Numbered from the stretch's first letter, positions 37,810 to 45,912 are shown. The stretch: 64,000 nucleotides of DNA from Acetatifactor sp. (GCA_051877795.1 JBJEJG010000040.1:1110-65109), one strand, 5' to 3'. The notes: generated from the sequence alone by a model not told the origin. Program-made: numbers and translations.

Positions 37810-38292
37810 ATGGAACTTAGTACAATCAATAAAAATGTCCTTGATGAGGAAAAAAAGAGCGCTGAGGAAACATTTCAGTTTATTGTGATTCGTCTGGGAG
37901 AAGAACAGTACGGTATTGATATCCGCAACATCGACAATATTGTGAAGATGCAGCCTATAACCCGCATACCGAAGATGCCGCCCTATCTGAAAGGTGTTAT
38001 CAATATGCGAGGTGAGGTCATTCCTGTTATGAGCATGCGCCTGAAAATGGGACTGGATGAGGACGTGCTCACAAAGGCGACAAGAATTATTGTGCTGAAG
38101 CTGGAGCAGGAAGGAAATGTGGGCTTTATCGTTGATGAAGTCAAGGAGGTTGTGACACTTTCTGTGAATGAAATTGAAAAACTCACCTACAATTCCAAAG
38201 AGGAAAAGACGAATCTGATTAACGCGGTTGGAAAACACAACGGAGAACTGATTTCCCTCTTTGACTTGAATGCGATTACACTGGAAAGCTGA
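37810..38292 (+). CDS. cheW: Chemotaxis coupling protein CheW
   Basis: 160 aa with FIVIRLGEEQYGIDIRNIDNIVKM...IPKMPPYLKGVINMRGEVIPV. Confidence 0.92.
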   Translation: MELSTINKNVLDEEKKSAEETFQFIVIRLGEEQYGIDIRNIDNIVKMQPITRIPKMPPYLKGVINMRGEVIPVMSMRLKMGLDEDVLTKATRIIVLKLEQEGNVGFIVDEVKEVVTLSVNEIEKLTYNSKEEKTNLINAVGKHNGELISLFDLNAITLES

Positions 38293-38328
38293 TTATACGC
38301 AAATTACTAAAAGGAGATACAGTATCCC

Positions 38329-38952
38329 ATGGGAGACATGAGTTTAGAGCAGGTTACAGAAAATTATTACGATGTCCTGAAGGAACTCGGAAATATCGGT
38401 GCCGGAAATGCAATGACTGCCTTGTCCCAGATGCTTCAGTGCAAAGTGGACATGAAGGTTCCACAGGTGAAACTGTTGGAGTTTTCTGAGGTCGGTGAAC
38501 TAATGGGCGGTGAAGAACAGATTATGGCGGGTGTTTGGCTGGGTGTTGAGGGCGATATCACCGGAAGCATGATGTTTATGGTGGAAGAAGAAAGTGCAAG
38601 ACATCTGATTCAAAAGATTACCATGGGCATGTTGCCCCCGGGAGCAGAGTTTGAGGAGATGGGGCTTTCTGCCATGAAGGAGGTCGGTAACATCATTACC
38701 GGTGCATACCTGAATTCGCTTTCCACCCTGACAAATTTGAAAATTTATCCTACGCCGCCTGCCCTGACTGTAGATATGGCGGGAGCAATCTTAAGTGTTC
38801 CGGCCATACAGTTTGGTGTGTTCGGGGATAAGATTTTGATGATTCAGTCTCAGTTCTATGATGAAATTGAGCTGGATGGTTATTTTATTCTGATTCCCGA
38901 TCTGGAATCCTATGCAAAGATTTTGACGTCCTTGGGCTTACCTGTAGTATAA
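38329..38952 (+). CDS. cheC: CheY-P phosphatase CheC
   Basis: Two CheC active-site motifs, DVLKELGN and SAMKEVGN (D/S-x3-E-x2-N); 207 aa. Confidence 0.88.
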   Translation: MGDMSLEQVTENYYDVLKELGNIGAGNAMTALSQMLQCKVDMKVPQVKLLEFSEVGELMGGEEQIMAGVWLGVEGDITGSMMFMVEEESARHLIQKITMGMLPPGAEFEEMGLSAMKEVGNIITGAYLNSLSTLTNLKIYPTPPALTVDMAGAILSVPAIQFGVFGDKILMIQSQFYDEIELDGYFILIPDLESYAKILTSLGLPVV

Positions 38953-38976
38953 TGTGGAAAAGAGACGAGAAGGCAC

Positions 38977-39465
38977 ATGAGTGAGATAATCAAGGTTGGA
39001 ATGGCAGATTTAAAAACTTGCGTAAGCCCCAACGGTGTAACTACCCTGGGGCTTGGCTCCTGTGTAGGAATTGCCATCAGGGATCCGATGACAAAAATCG
39101 GCGGGCTGGCTCACATTATGCTACCTGACAGCAAGGCAATTAAAAACGGACAGCAGAATATTGCTAAGTTTGCCGATACAGGAATTGAAGAGTTGATAAG
39201 ACAGATGGAACAGCTGGGTGCGAAGCGCAGCCGCATGGTGGCAAAGATTGCGGGCGGGGCAACGATGTTTGCCTTTCAGGGTTCCAATGGAGTCGGACAG
39301 GTTGGCGAGAGAAATGTGGAGGCTACCAAGGCAAAGCTGAAGGAATTGAAAATTCCGATTCTGGCAGAGGATACGGGGGCAAATTACGGCCGTACCGTTG
39401 TCTTTTTCCCGGAAACCGGTGATTTCCATATCCGTGCTGTGGGAAAAGCGGAAACAATCATCTGA
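38977..39465 (+). CDS. cheD: Chemoreceptor glutamine deamidase CheD
   Basis: TLGLGSCVGIAIRDP...GGLAHIMLP... (catalytic Cys/His context); 162 aa, directly after cheC. Confidence 0.9.
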   Translation: MSEIIKVGMADLKTCVSPNGVTTLGLGSCVGIAIRDPMTKIGGLAHIMLPDSKAIKNGQQNIAKFADTGIEELIRQMEQLGAKRSRMVAKIAGGATMFAFQGSNGVGQVGERNVEATKAKLKELKIPILAEDTGANYGRTVVFFPETGDFHIRAVGKAETII

Positions 39466-39483
39466 AAGGCATGGTCGGAACCT

Positions 39484-39771
39484 ATGAACAGGAAAAATAT
39501 ACCATTGCTTCTGATGCTGACAGCCGGGGCAGTTACGTGTATTATTACATATGTGAGACAGTATTCCGTTGCAGCGAAGCTGGTGGCTCTGTTTGTGGTG
39601 CTGGTAATTTTTTTGCTGCTTGGGAGTATATTAGAATGGACCTTGAACTATTTTGATGAGCAAAATGAAAAGAAGCTGAAAGAAGAGGGAGAGGTCATTG
39701 AGAAGGAAACGGAATCCCCTGACGAGAATGCAGGGGAGAAGGTCTTAAAGAGTGAGGCGGAGACCCCTTAA
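39484..39771 (+). CDS. Small two-TM membrane protein with an acidic tail, function unknown
   Basis: 95 aa. The TMs are IPLLLMLTAGAVTCIITYV and LVALFVVLVIFLLLGSIL. The tail is E/K-rich (EQNEKKLKEEGEVIEKETESPDENAGEK). It is wedged between cheD and sigD with short gaps. I recognise no family. Confidence 0.5.
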   Translation: MNRKNIPLLLMLTAGAVTCIITYVRQYSVAAKLVALFVVLVIFLLLGSILEWTLNYFDEQNEKKLKEEGEVIEKETESPDENAGEKVLKSEAETP

Positions 39772-39802
39772 ATATAAAACATAAGATAAGGAGCGAGGTT
39801 TC

Positions 39803-40576
39803 ATGGATGAGACAGGAAGAAAAAAACTGTTGGAAGAATATGCAATATCGAAATCACCTGAAGCCAGAGAAAAGATTATTTTGGAGTACGCTCCGCTCGT
39901 TAAGGTGGTAGCAGGACGCCTGAGCATGTATCTCGGGTATAACGTGGAGTACGAAGATTTGGTAAGCTATGGTATCTTTGGCCTGATAGATGCCATTGAC
40001 AAGTTTGACTGTTTCAAGGAAGTGAAGTTTGAGACATATGCCAGCCTTCGTATCCGCGGTGCGATATTGGATCAGATTCGGAAAATGGACTGGATTCCCA
40101 GGACAATTCGCCAAAAGCAAAAGAAAATTGAATCGGTTATTCGGGAAATTGAGCAGGAAACAGGGCACGGCGCATCGGATGAAGAAATCGCAGGCAGGTT
40201 GGGAATTACAGAGGATGAATATCTTGACTGGCAGTCCCAGATGAAAATTACAGGCCTTGTCTCCCTGAATGAATACATGGAGCAGGGCAGTGATGTATCT
40301 CAGGATTACAGCAGACATACGACCTCAAGGTTTGAGGCTCCCGAGGAACGCGTGGAGAAGGCGGAACTGACAAAGGTGCTTGGCGAGGCGCTGGAGCAAC
40401 TTACGGAAAAAGAGAAGAAGGTCATTACACTCTATTATTATGAAGAATTGACATTGAAGGAAATCAGCAATATTCTTGAAGTATCGGAGTCCAGAGTGTC
40501 GCAGCTGCACACCAGGGCTTTGCAGAAAATGAAAACAAAAATGGGAAATTATATGGGTATTCTTACCGATAATTAG
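39803..40576 (+). CDS. sigD: Flagellar sigma factor SigD/FliA (sigma-28)
   Basis: 257 aa. Region 2 is DLVSYGIFGLIDAIDKFD...FETYASLRIRGAILDQIRK. Region 4.2 is LTLKEISNILEVSESRVSQLHTRALQKM. Confidence 0.93.
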   Translation: MDETGRKKLLEEYAISKSPEAREKIILEYAPLVKVVAGRLSMYLGYNVEYEDLVSYGIFGLIDAIDKFDCFKEVKFETYASLRIRGAILDQIRKMDWIPRTIRQKQKKIESVIREIEQETGHGASDEEIAGRLGITEDEYLDWQSQMKITGLVSLNEYMEQGSDVSQDYSRHTTSRFEAPEERVEKAELTKVLGEALEQLTEKEKKVITLYYYEELTLKEISNILEVSESRVSQLHTRALQKMKTKMGNYMGILTDN

Positions 40577-40585
40577 TTATTTTAC

Positions 40586-42190
40586 ATGGAGATGAAAACT
40601 ATGCAGAATGGCTACTTTCGGCTGGTCAATGACAGTGTAGGCTTTGGAGTGGCGCTGTATCAGCCTAAGGACGGAGGCGAGGAAATCCAGCTGGGAGAAC
40701 TGATTGAGTACCTGGATGGACATGGAATTGCCTATGACAGAAAAAAAATTGAAGTGCTGCTCATGGCTGAGCAGGATGCCGTGTGCCATCTTGGACAGGA
40801 TGCATGTCCTGTCGTTCCGGAGACATACAATCTGAATGTGTCTGAGGACGGTATGCTTGCCATGGTGCGTTTTATTGCGCCTTCCGAAACGGGAAATCGG
40901 ATTAGCTATGATGACTTTTTGAAGGATTTGCAATTTAAAAATATCTCATACGGAATTCAAACAGGAAATCTTCAGGGGCACTTTCAGTCTCCCGGCCTTT
41001 TTTGTACGGACATTATATTGGCTAAGGGAAAAGAACCGGTTCCCGGCGTAGACGCTCAAATAGAGTATATGTTTCAGACTGAACTGCACAGAAGGCCTAC
41101 CCAACGGGAGGACGGTAGTGTAGATTATTTTCACATGACAACTATCAATCAGTGCAAAAAGGGTGATGTCCTTGCCAGAATTATCCCGGAGAAGCCGGGA
41201 ATAGATGGACATGATATCTATGGAAGAGCGATTAAGCCCAGACTGGCAAAACCGGCAGTTTTAAAGTTTGGCAGGAATATTACGTTGTCTGAAGACAGGA
41301 GAACCATTACCGCCGCGGTGGACGGGCATGTGACGCTTGTGGATGACAAGGTTTTTGTATCAGATGTGTACGAGGTACAGAATGTGGATGTATCCACGGG
41401 TAATCTGGATTTCGAGGGAAGTATACAGATAAACGGCGATGTGTCGGAGAATTTTGAGGTAAAGGCCGGCGGAAATGTCGTCATTAACGGTTTGGTAGAA
41501 GGCGCCAAGATTGTTGCCGGGGGAAATATCATCATTGCAAAGGGCATGAATGGTATGTCAAAGGGCTTTTTAAAGGCCGGCGGTGATGTGGTGGTAAAAT
41601 TTCTGGAAAACACAAGAGTTGTGGCGGGTGGATATATTCAGGCAGAGGCGATTCTTCACAGCAAGGTTTCGTCGGGAAGCGAGGTTACCGTAGAGGGCCG
41701 AAAAGGCTTGATTGTGGGAGGCTATGTTCAGGCAGCAAAAAGGATTACTGCAAAGTGTATTGGCGCCAGTATGGGAGCATCCACCATTCTGGAGGTTGGT
41801 GTGAATCCGTTAATCAAAACCCAGTACAGCCGTGTGCAGAAAGCGATTGCTGAGAATACCAAGACGGTCAAGAATGCTGAGGTCATTCTTTTTAATTTTA
41901 AGGATAAGCTGAAAAAGGGCGTGCAGTATAACGAGGGTCAGCTGAAATATATGAAGAGCGTGGCAACACTGGTGGAGGAGAAAACTGCGGAGCTGGAGCA
42001 GCTGAATGTTCGCCTGGATAAACTGCGGCAGATGATGGAAATTCAGAGGCAGGCGGAGGTTGTTGTCAACGATGAAATATTTACCGGTACGACGATTATT
42101 ATCGGAGATGCCTCCAAGACGATACAGAACAGTTATCACTATTGTAAGTTTGTGAGGGAAGAGGGCGAGATTCGCATGGCCCCCTTGTAG
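40586..42190 (+). CDS. DUF342/FapA-like (flagellar assembly protein A family) protein
   Basis: 534 aa. The central repetitive beta-helix-like segment reads GNLDFEGSIQINGDVSENFEVKAGGNVVINGLVEGAKIVAGGNIIIAKGMNG...GGDVVVKFLENTRVVAGGYIQA. The C-terminus is a coiled coil. Confidence 0.8.
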   Translation: MEMKTMQNGYFRLVNDSVGFGVALYQPKDGGEEIQLGELIEYLDGHGIAYDRKKIEVLLMAEQDAVCHLGQDACPVVPETYNLNVSEDGMLAMVRFIAPSETGNRISYDDFLKDLQFKNISYGIQTGNLQGHFQSPGLFCTDIILAKGKEPVPGVDAQIEYMFQTELHRRPTQREDGSVDYFHMTTINQCKKGDVLARIIPEKPGIDGHDIYGRAIKPRLAKPAVLKFGRNITLSEDRRTITAAVDGHVTLVDDKVFVSDVYEVQNVDVSTGNLDFEGSIQINGDVSENFEVKAGGNVVINGLVEGAKIVAGGNIIIAKGMNGMSKGFLKAGGDVVVKFLENTRVVAGGYIQAEAILHSKVSSGSEVTVEGRKGLIVGGYVQAAKRITAKCIGASMGASTILEVGVNPLIKTQYSRVQKAIAENTKTVKNAEVILFNFKDKLKKGVQYNEGQLKYMKSVATLVEEKTAELEQLNVRLDKLRQMMEIQRQAEVVVNDEIFTGTTIIIGDASKTIQNSYHYCKFVREEGEIRMAPL

Positions 42191-42212
42191 TTTTAGGAAA
42201 AGAGGAAACGGT

Positions 42213-42521
42213 ATGGCATTTGGTTCCATTGAACTGACTACGATTTCAAGAGCGCAGGACTATTCTGCCATAAAACAAAATGAAGACAACAAGGGAATGG
42301 TAGACCAGACCAATTTCAGCCAGCAGGTTCAAAAGAATACGGAGCAGCATATTCGTGAGGTACACAGTGGCGATAATGTGGACTGGCATGAAAAAAAGCC
42401 GGATGCCAAGGAAAAGGGAAATAACGAATACCGCGGAGATGGCGGTAAACAACGGAAAAAACAGCAGCCGAAAGAGCAGATGGTGATAAAAGGCCGCGGA
42501 GGCTTTGATATAAAGGTGTAG
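42213..42521 (+). CDS. Hypothetical 102-aa hydrophilic protein with a basic C-terminus
   Basis: SD GAGGAAACGG before the ATG, and tight spacing to its neighbours. I recognise no family. The C-terminus is lysine/arginine-rich (GGKQRKKQQPKEQMVIKGRGGFDIKV). Confidence 0.45.
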   Translation: MAFGSIELTTISRAQDYSAIKQNEDNKGMVDQTNFSQQVQKNTEQHIREVHSGDNVDWHEKKPDAKEKGNNEYRGDGGKQRKKQQPKEQMVIKGRGGFDIKV

Positions 42522-42558
42522 GCGGGATAGGTCTGCCAGAGGATGGATAGGAAGAAAT

Positions 42559-43323
42559 ATGGGCGTGATGGAAATCATCCTGCTGATTGCGGGAGGAATT
42601 ATTTTTACATTAAGTTTTTTTATCCCTGCAAAGGGAGAAAAAGTCTCTGAAGGCTCGGAGAAACTGGCACAGGAAGAAATCAGACAGCTGGTGAGTCAGG
42701 AATTGGAGGCTGTGAGAAGCCATGTGGATGAGGTGGTGGATGAGGCAGTCAGTTATGCCATGGAAAAAACAGAGCGATCTCTGGAGCGTTTGTCCAATGA
42801 GAAAATCATGGCAGTAAATGAGTATTCGGATACTGTGCTTGCAGAAATACACAAGAACCACGAGGAAGCAATGTTCTTATATGACATGCTTAACAGTAAG
42901 CATGTGAATCTGAAGAATACTGTTTCTGAGGTGGATAGAACCGTAAAAGAAGCGGAGGAAAAGGTAAGTACCTTCCGCAGGCTGGCTCCGGAAGCGGTAG
43001 AGGTGCCGGAAAAAGAGGATAGAGCGGTCAGTGACGGAAAAGCGGACAACACCGGGAATGTGGGAAAAATGAAAACCCCGAAGGACGGCGGAAAGACGAA
43101 GAGTACCGAAAAAGGAAGAGGTGTGCCGGAAGTCAAAACGATGGAGCCGGAAACCGCAGGAAGAGTCAGCTTCATGGACGAGACGGACGAGGATGGCCAC
43201 AACAGTAATGAGAAAATTCTGGAGCTGTATAAGCAGGGAAAGTCCAGAGTAGCCATTGCAAAGGAGCTTGGGCTTGGAGTGGGCGAAGTAAAGCTGGTGC
43301 TTGACTTGTTTAAAAATCAGTAA
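42559..43323 (+). CDS. Single-pass membrane protein with coiled coil and a C-terminal HTH-like motif (SwrB-position protein)
   Basis: N-terminal TM IILLIAGGIIFTLSFFIPA, a long helical region, and C-terminal ILELYKQGKSRVAIAKELGLGVGEVKLVLDLFK. It sits between sigD and rpsB, where B. subtilis has swrB. Confidence 0.55.
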   Translation: MGVMEIILLIAGGIIFTLSFFIPAKGEKVSEGSEKLAQEEIRQLVSQELEAVRSHVDEVVDEAVSYAMEKTERSLERLSNEKIMAVNEYSDTVLAEIHKNHEEAMFLYDMLNSKHVNLKNTVSEVDRTVKEAEEKVSTFRRLAPEAVEVPEKEDRAVSDGKADNTGNVGKMKTPKDGGKTKSTEKGRGVPEVKTMEPETAGRVSFMDETDEDGHNSNEKILELYKQGKSRVAIAKELGLGVGEVKLVLDLFKNQ

Positions 43324-43340
43324 TAGGAAGAGGATGTTAA

Positions 43341-43862
43341 GTGAAATTACGATATTATTTGAGGGGTCTTGGGATTGGCATCATCGTGACTGCTCTGGTT
43401 ATGGGACTTTCAAACAGGGATGCCAGACCGCTGACCGATGCGGAAATTAAGGCGAAGGCTGCGGCACTCGGTATGGTGGAAAGCGATTCTTTGAAGCTGA
43501 CGGATGTGGTGCTTTCGCCGGAGCCGACAGTCGAGCCCACGGCAGAGGCAACTGCAACGCCGGAGCCGACAACCGAGCCCACGACAGAGGCAACCGCAAC
43601 GCCGGAGCCGCCAGTCGAGCCCACGGCAGAGGTAACTGCTACACCGGAGCCGACAACCGTATCTATCACAATCAAGTCGGGTTCCGGCTCGGAAACCGTG
43701 TGCAGGCAGCTGGAGAATGCGGGACTGATAGAAAATGCCGGGGCGTTTGATCAGTATTTGATTGATAACGGATATTCCAAAAGAATATGTGTGGGCACAT
43801 ATGAAATCCAAATCGGAACCACGGAAGAGGAAATTGCAAAGATTATTACAAAAACACGGTAA
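43341..43862 (+). CDS. Membrane-anchored protein with a Pro/Thr/Glu repeat linker and an MltG(YceG) N-terminal LysM-like domain only
   Basis: TM LRGLGIGIIVTALVMGL and PEPT(V/T)EPT(A/T)EATAT repeats. The C-terminal ITIKSGSGSETVCRQLENAGLIENAGAFDQYLIDNGYSKRICVGTYEIQIGTTEEEIAKII matches the MltG N-domain pattern. No catalytic transglycosylase domain follows. Confidence 0.65.
   Translation: MKLRYYLRGLGIGIIVTALVMGLSNRDARPLTDAEIKAKAAALGMVESDSLKLTDVVLSPEPTVEPTAEATATPEPTTEPTTEATATPEPPVEPTAEVTATPEPTTVSITIKSGSGSETVCRQLENAGLIENAGAFDQYLIDNGYSKRICVGTYEIQIGTTEEEIAKIITKTR
43518..43660 (+). repeat. In-frame 42-bp tandem repeat (about 3.4 copies) encoding the PEPTxEPTAEATAT linker
   Basis: ccggagccgacagtcgagcccacggcagaggcaactgcaacg lies at 43518-43559, with near-identical copies at 43560-43601 and 43602-43643 and a partial copy to about 43660. 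Confidence 0.9.
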
Positions 43863-43888
43863 AACCCCTTGCCACAGGGGTTTTATTA
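43861..43888 (+). terminator. Rho-independent terminator ending the fla/che transcription unit
   Basis: aaaACCCCT-tgccac-AGGGGTTTTATTAT immediately after the stop at 43862. Confidence 0.7.
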
Positions 43889-43897
43889 TGTTATAAT
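43869..43897 (+). promoter_or_regulatory. Sigma-A promoter of rpsB-tsf, overlapping the preceding terminator
   Basis: TTGCCA (43869-43874), a 17-nt spacer containing TGt (extended -10), then TATAAT (43892-43897). This leaves a leader of about 145 nt before rpsB. Confidence 0.6.
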
Positions 43898-44046
43898 CCG
43901 AATGTTGTGACTAAAAAACACGTATTCCGATTCGGCAGTGGTGCCTATGCAGAGCTTGCAGGTCGTTGCCGGAGCTAACCGGGGATTGACGCGAACCCCG
44001 GCAGAAAAGGAATAACGGAAGAATTCAACCAAACGGAGGTAGAAAA

Positions 44047-44805
44047 ATGAGCGTTATTTCTATGAAGCAGTTACTTGAAGCAGGTGTTCATTTCGGACAC
44101 CAGACCAGAAGATGGAACCCTAAGATGGCTCCTTACATCTTCACCGAGAGAAACGGTATCCACATCATCGATCTGCAGAAGTCTGTAGGCAAGGTTGACG
44201 AGGCTTACAGAGCAATCTCTGAAATCGCTGCTCAGGGTGGCACCATTCTTTTCGTAGGAACCAAGAAGCAGGCGCAGGATGCAGTGAAGACTGAAGCAGA
44301 GCGCTGCGGTATGTATTATGTAAATGAGAGATGGCTGGGCGGTATGCTCACCAACTTCAAGACCATTCAGTCCCGTATTGCAAGACTTCACGCAATCGAG
44401 AAGATGTCTGAGGACGGAACCTTTGATGTGCTTCCCAAGAAGGAAGTAATTGAGCTGAAGAAGGAGTGGGAGAAGCTGGAGAAGAACCTTGGCGGTATCA
44501 AGAATATGACCAGAATTCCCGACGCTATCTTTGTTGTTGACCCCAAGAAGGAGAGAATCTGTGTACAGGAGGCTCATTCTCTTGGCATTACTCTGATTGG
44601 TATCGGCGATACCAACTGCGATCCCGAGGAACTGGATTATATCATTCCCGGAAACGATGACGCTATCAGAGCCGTTAAGCTGATTGTTGCAAAGATGGCA
44701 GACGCTGTTATCGAGGCAAATCAGGGCGAGGCTGTTTACACCGCTGAGGATGTGGCTGCCGATGCTGAGGCAGAGGATATTGAAGAAGTAGCAGACGCGG
44801 AATAA
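44047..44805 (+). CDS. rpsB: 30S ribosomal protein S2
   Basis: [27 protein letters not shown]...; unmistakable. Confidence 0.98.
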   Translation: MSVISMKQLLEAGVHFGHQTRRWNPKMAPYIFTERNGIHIIDLQKSVGKVDEAYRAISEIAAQGGTILFVGTKKQAQDAVKTEAERCGMYYVNERWLGGMLTNFKTIQSRIARLHAIEKMSEDGTFDVLPKKEVIELKKEWEKLEKNLGGIKNMTRIPDAIFVVDPKKERICVQEAHSLGITLIGIGDTNCDPEELDYIIPGNDDAIRAVKLIVAKMADAVIEANQGEAVYTAEDVAADAEAEDIEEVADAE

Positions 44806-44819
44806 GACGAAAAGAAAAT

Positions 44820-44851
44820 CCGGGGCAGTGAAGTACACTGCCCGGGTTTTT
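44820..44851 (+). terminator. Intrinsic terminator/attenuator between rpsB and tsf
   Basis: ccgGGGCAGTG-aagta-CACTGCCCgggTTTTT. Confidence 0.7.
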
Positions 44852-44924
44852 CTGTGCTTCATCTGTAAATACCTCTGCGAGGTATTTGCGAGATAATATT
44901 TTGAATAAAATGGAGGAATAAAAA

Positions 44925-45866
44925 ATGGCAGAAATTACCGCAGCTATGGTAAAGGAACTGCGTGAGCAGACCGGCGCCGGCATGATGGATTGTAAGAAGG
45001 CTCTGAATGAGACAAACGGAAATATGGAAGAGGCTGTTGAGTATCTGAGAAAGAACGGTCAGGCCAAGGCTGAGAAGAAGGCAAGCAGAATTGCAGCAGA
45101 GGGCATCTGCCGCATTGCTTCCAAGGGCGATACCGTAGCAGCAGTTGTCGAGGTAAACTCCGAGACAGACTTTGTTGCAAAGAATGAGACCTTCCAGAAA
45201 TTTGTGGAGGCTGTGGCAGAGCAGGCTGTAAACTCCAGCGCAGCAGACATGGATGCTTTTCTGGCTGAGAAGTGGATTGAGGATGACTCCAAGACCGTTT
45301 CTGAAGCTCTGGTTGACAAGATTGCAGTTATCGGAGAGAAGCTGAGCATCAGAAGATTTGAGAAGGTTGAGGCAATCGAAGGCTGTGTTGTTTCCTATGT
45401 ACATGGCGGCGGACGTATCGGTGTTATCGTGGAAGCTAAGACCAACGTTGTAAACGATGCAATTAAGGAAGCACTGACCAACCTTGCAATGCAGGTTGCT
45501 GCTCTTTACCCTAAGTATGTCGCTACTGCTGATGTGTCTGAGGAGTTCAAGGCTCATGAGAAGGAGATTATTGCAGCTCAGATTGCTCAGGATCCCAAGA
45601 TGGCAGGAAAGCCTGAGAAGGTGATTGAGGGTGCAATCGTTGGCCGACTGAACAAGGAACTGAAGGAAGTATGTCTGCTGGAGCAGGTATATGTAAAGGC
45701 CGAGGATGGCAAGCAGACTGTTTCCCAGTATCTTGCACAGGTTGCAAAGGAGAACAATGCAGACCTGAGCATCAAGAGATTTGTTCGTTTTGAGACCGGT
45801 GAGGGCCTTGAGAAGAAGCAGGAAGACTTCGCGGCAGAGGTTGCTGCGCAGATGGCAGGAAACTAA
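44925..45866 (+). CDS. tsf: Translation elongation factor Ts
   Basis: MAEITAAMVKELREQTGAGMMDCKKALNETNGNMEEAVEYLRKNG... (UBA-like N-domain plus EF-Ts core). Confidence 0.98.
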   Translation: MAEITAAMVKELREQTGAGMMDCKKALNETNGNMEEAVEYLRKNGQAKAEKKASRIAAEGICRIASKGDTVAAVVEVNSETDFVAKNETFQKFVEAVAEQAVNSSAADMDAFLAEKWIEDDSKTVSEALVDKIAVIGEKLSIRRFEKVEAIEGCVVSYVHGGGRIGVIVEAKTNVVNDAIKEALTNLAMQVAALYPKYVATADVSEEFKAHEKEIIAAQIAQDPKMAGKPEKVIEGAIVGRLNKELKEVCLLEQVYVKAEDGKQTVSQYLAQVAKENNADLSIKRFVRFETGEGLEKKQEDFAAEVAAQMAGN

Positions 45867-45912
45867 AGGTTCTCTGGACTAAAGTTTTCGGAATTTGAGC
45901 TTTTGCATAGCG

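Noticed and set aside
43355-43811. Minus-strand ORFs with VGSGVAV or RRLRRC repeats.
   Set aside because: They are mirror images of the 42-bp PEPT repeat in the 43341 gene.
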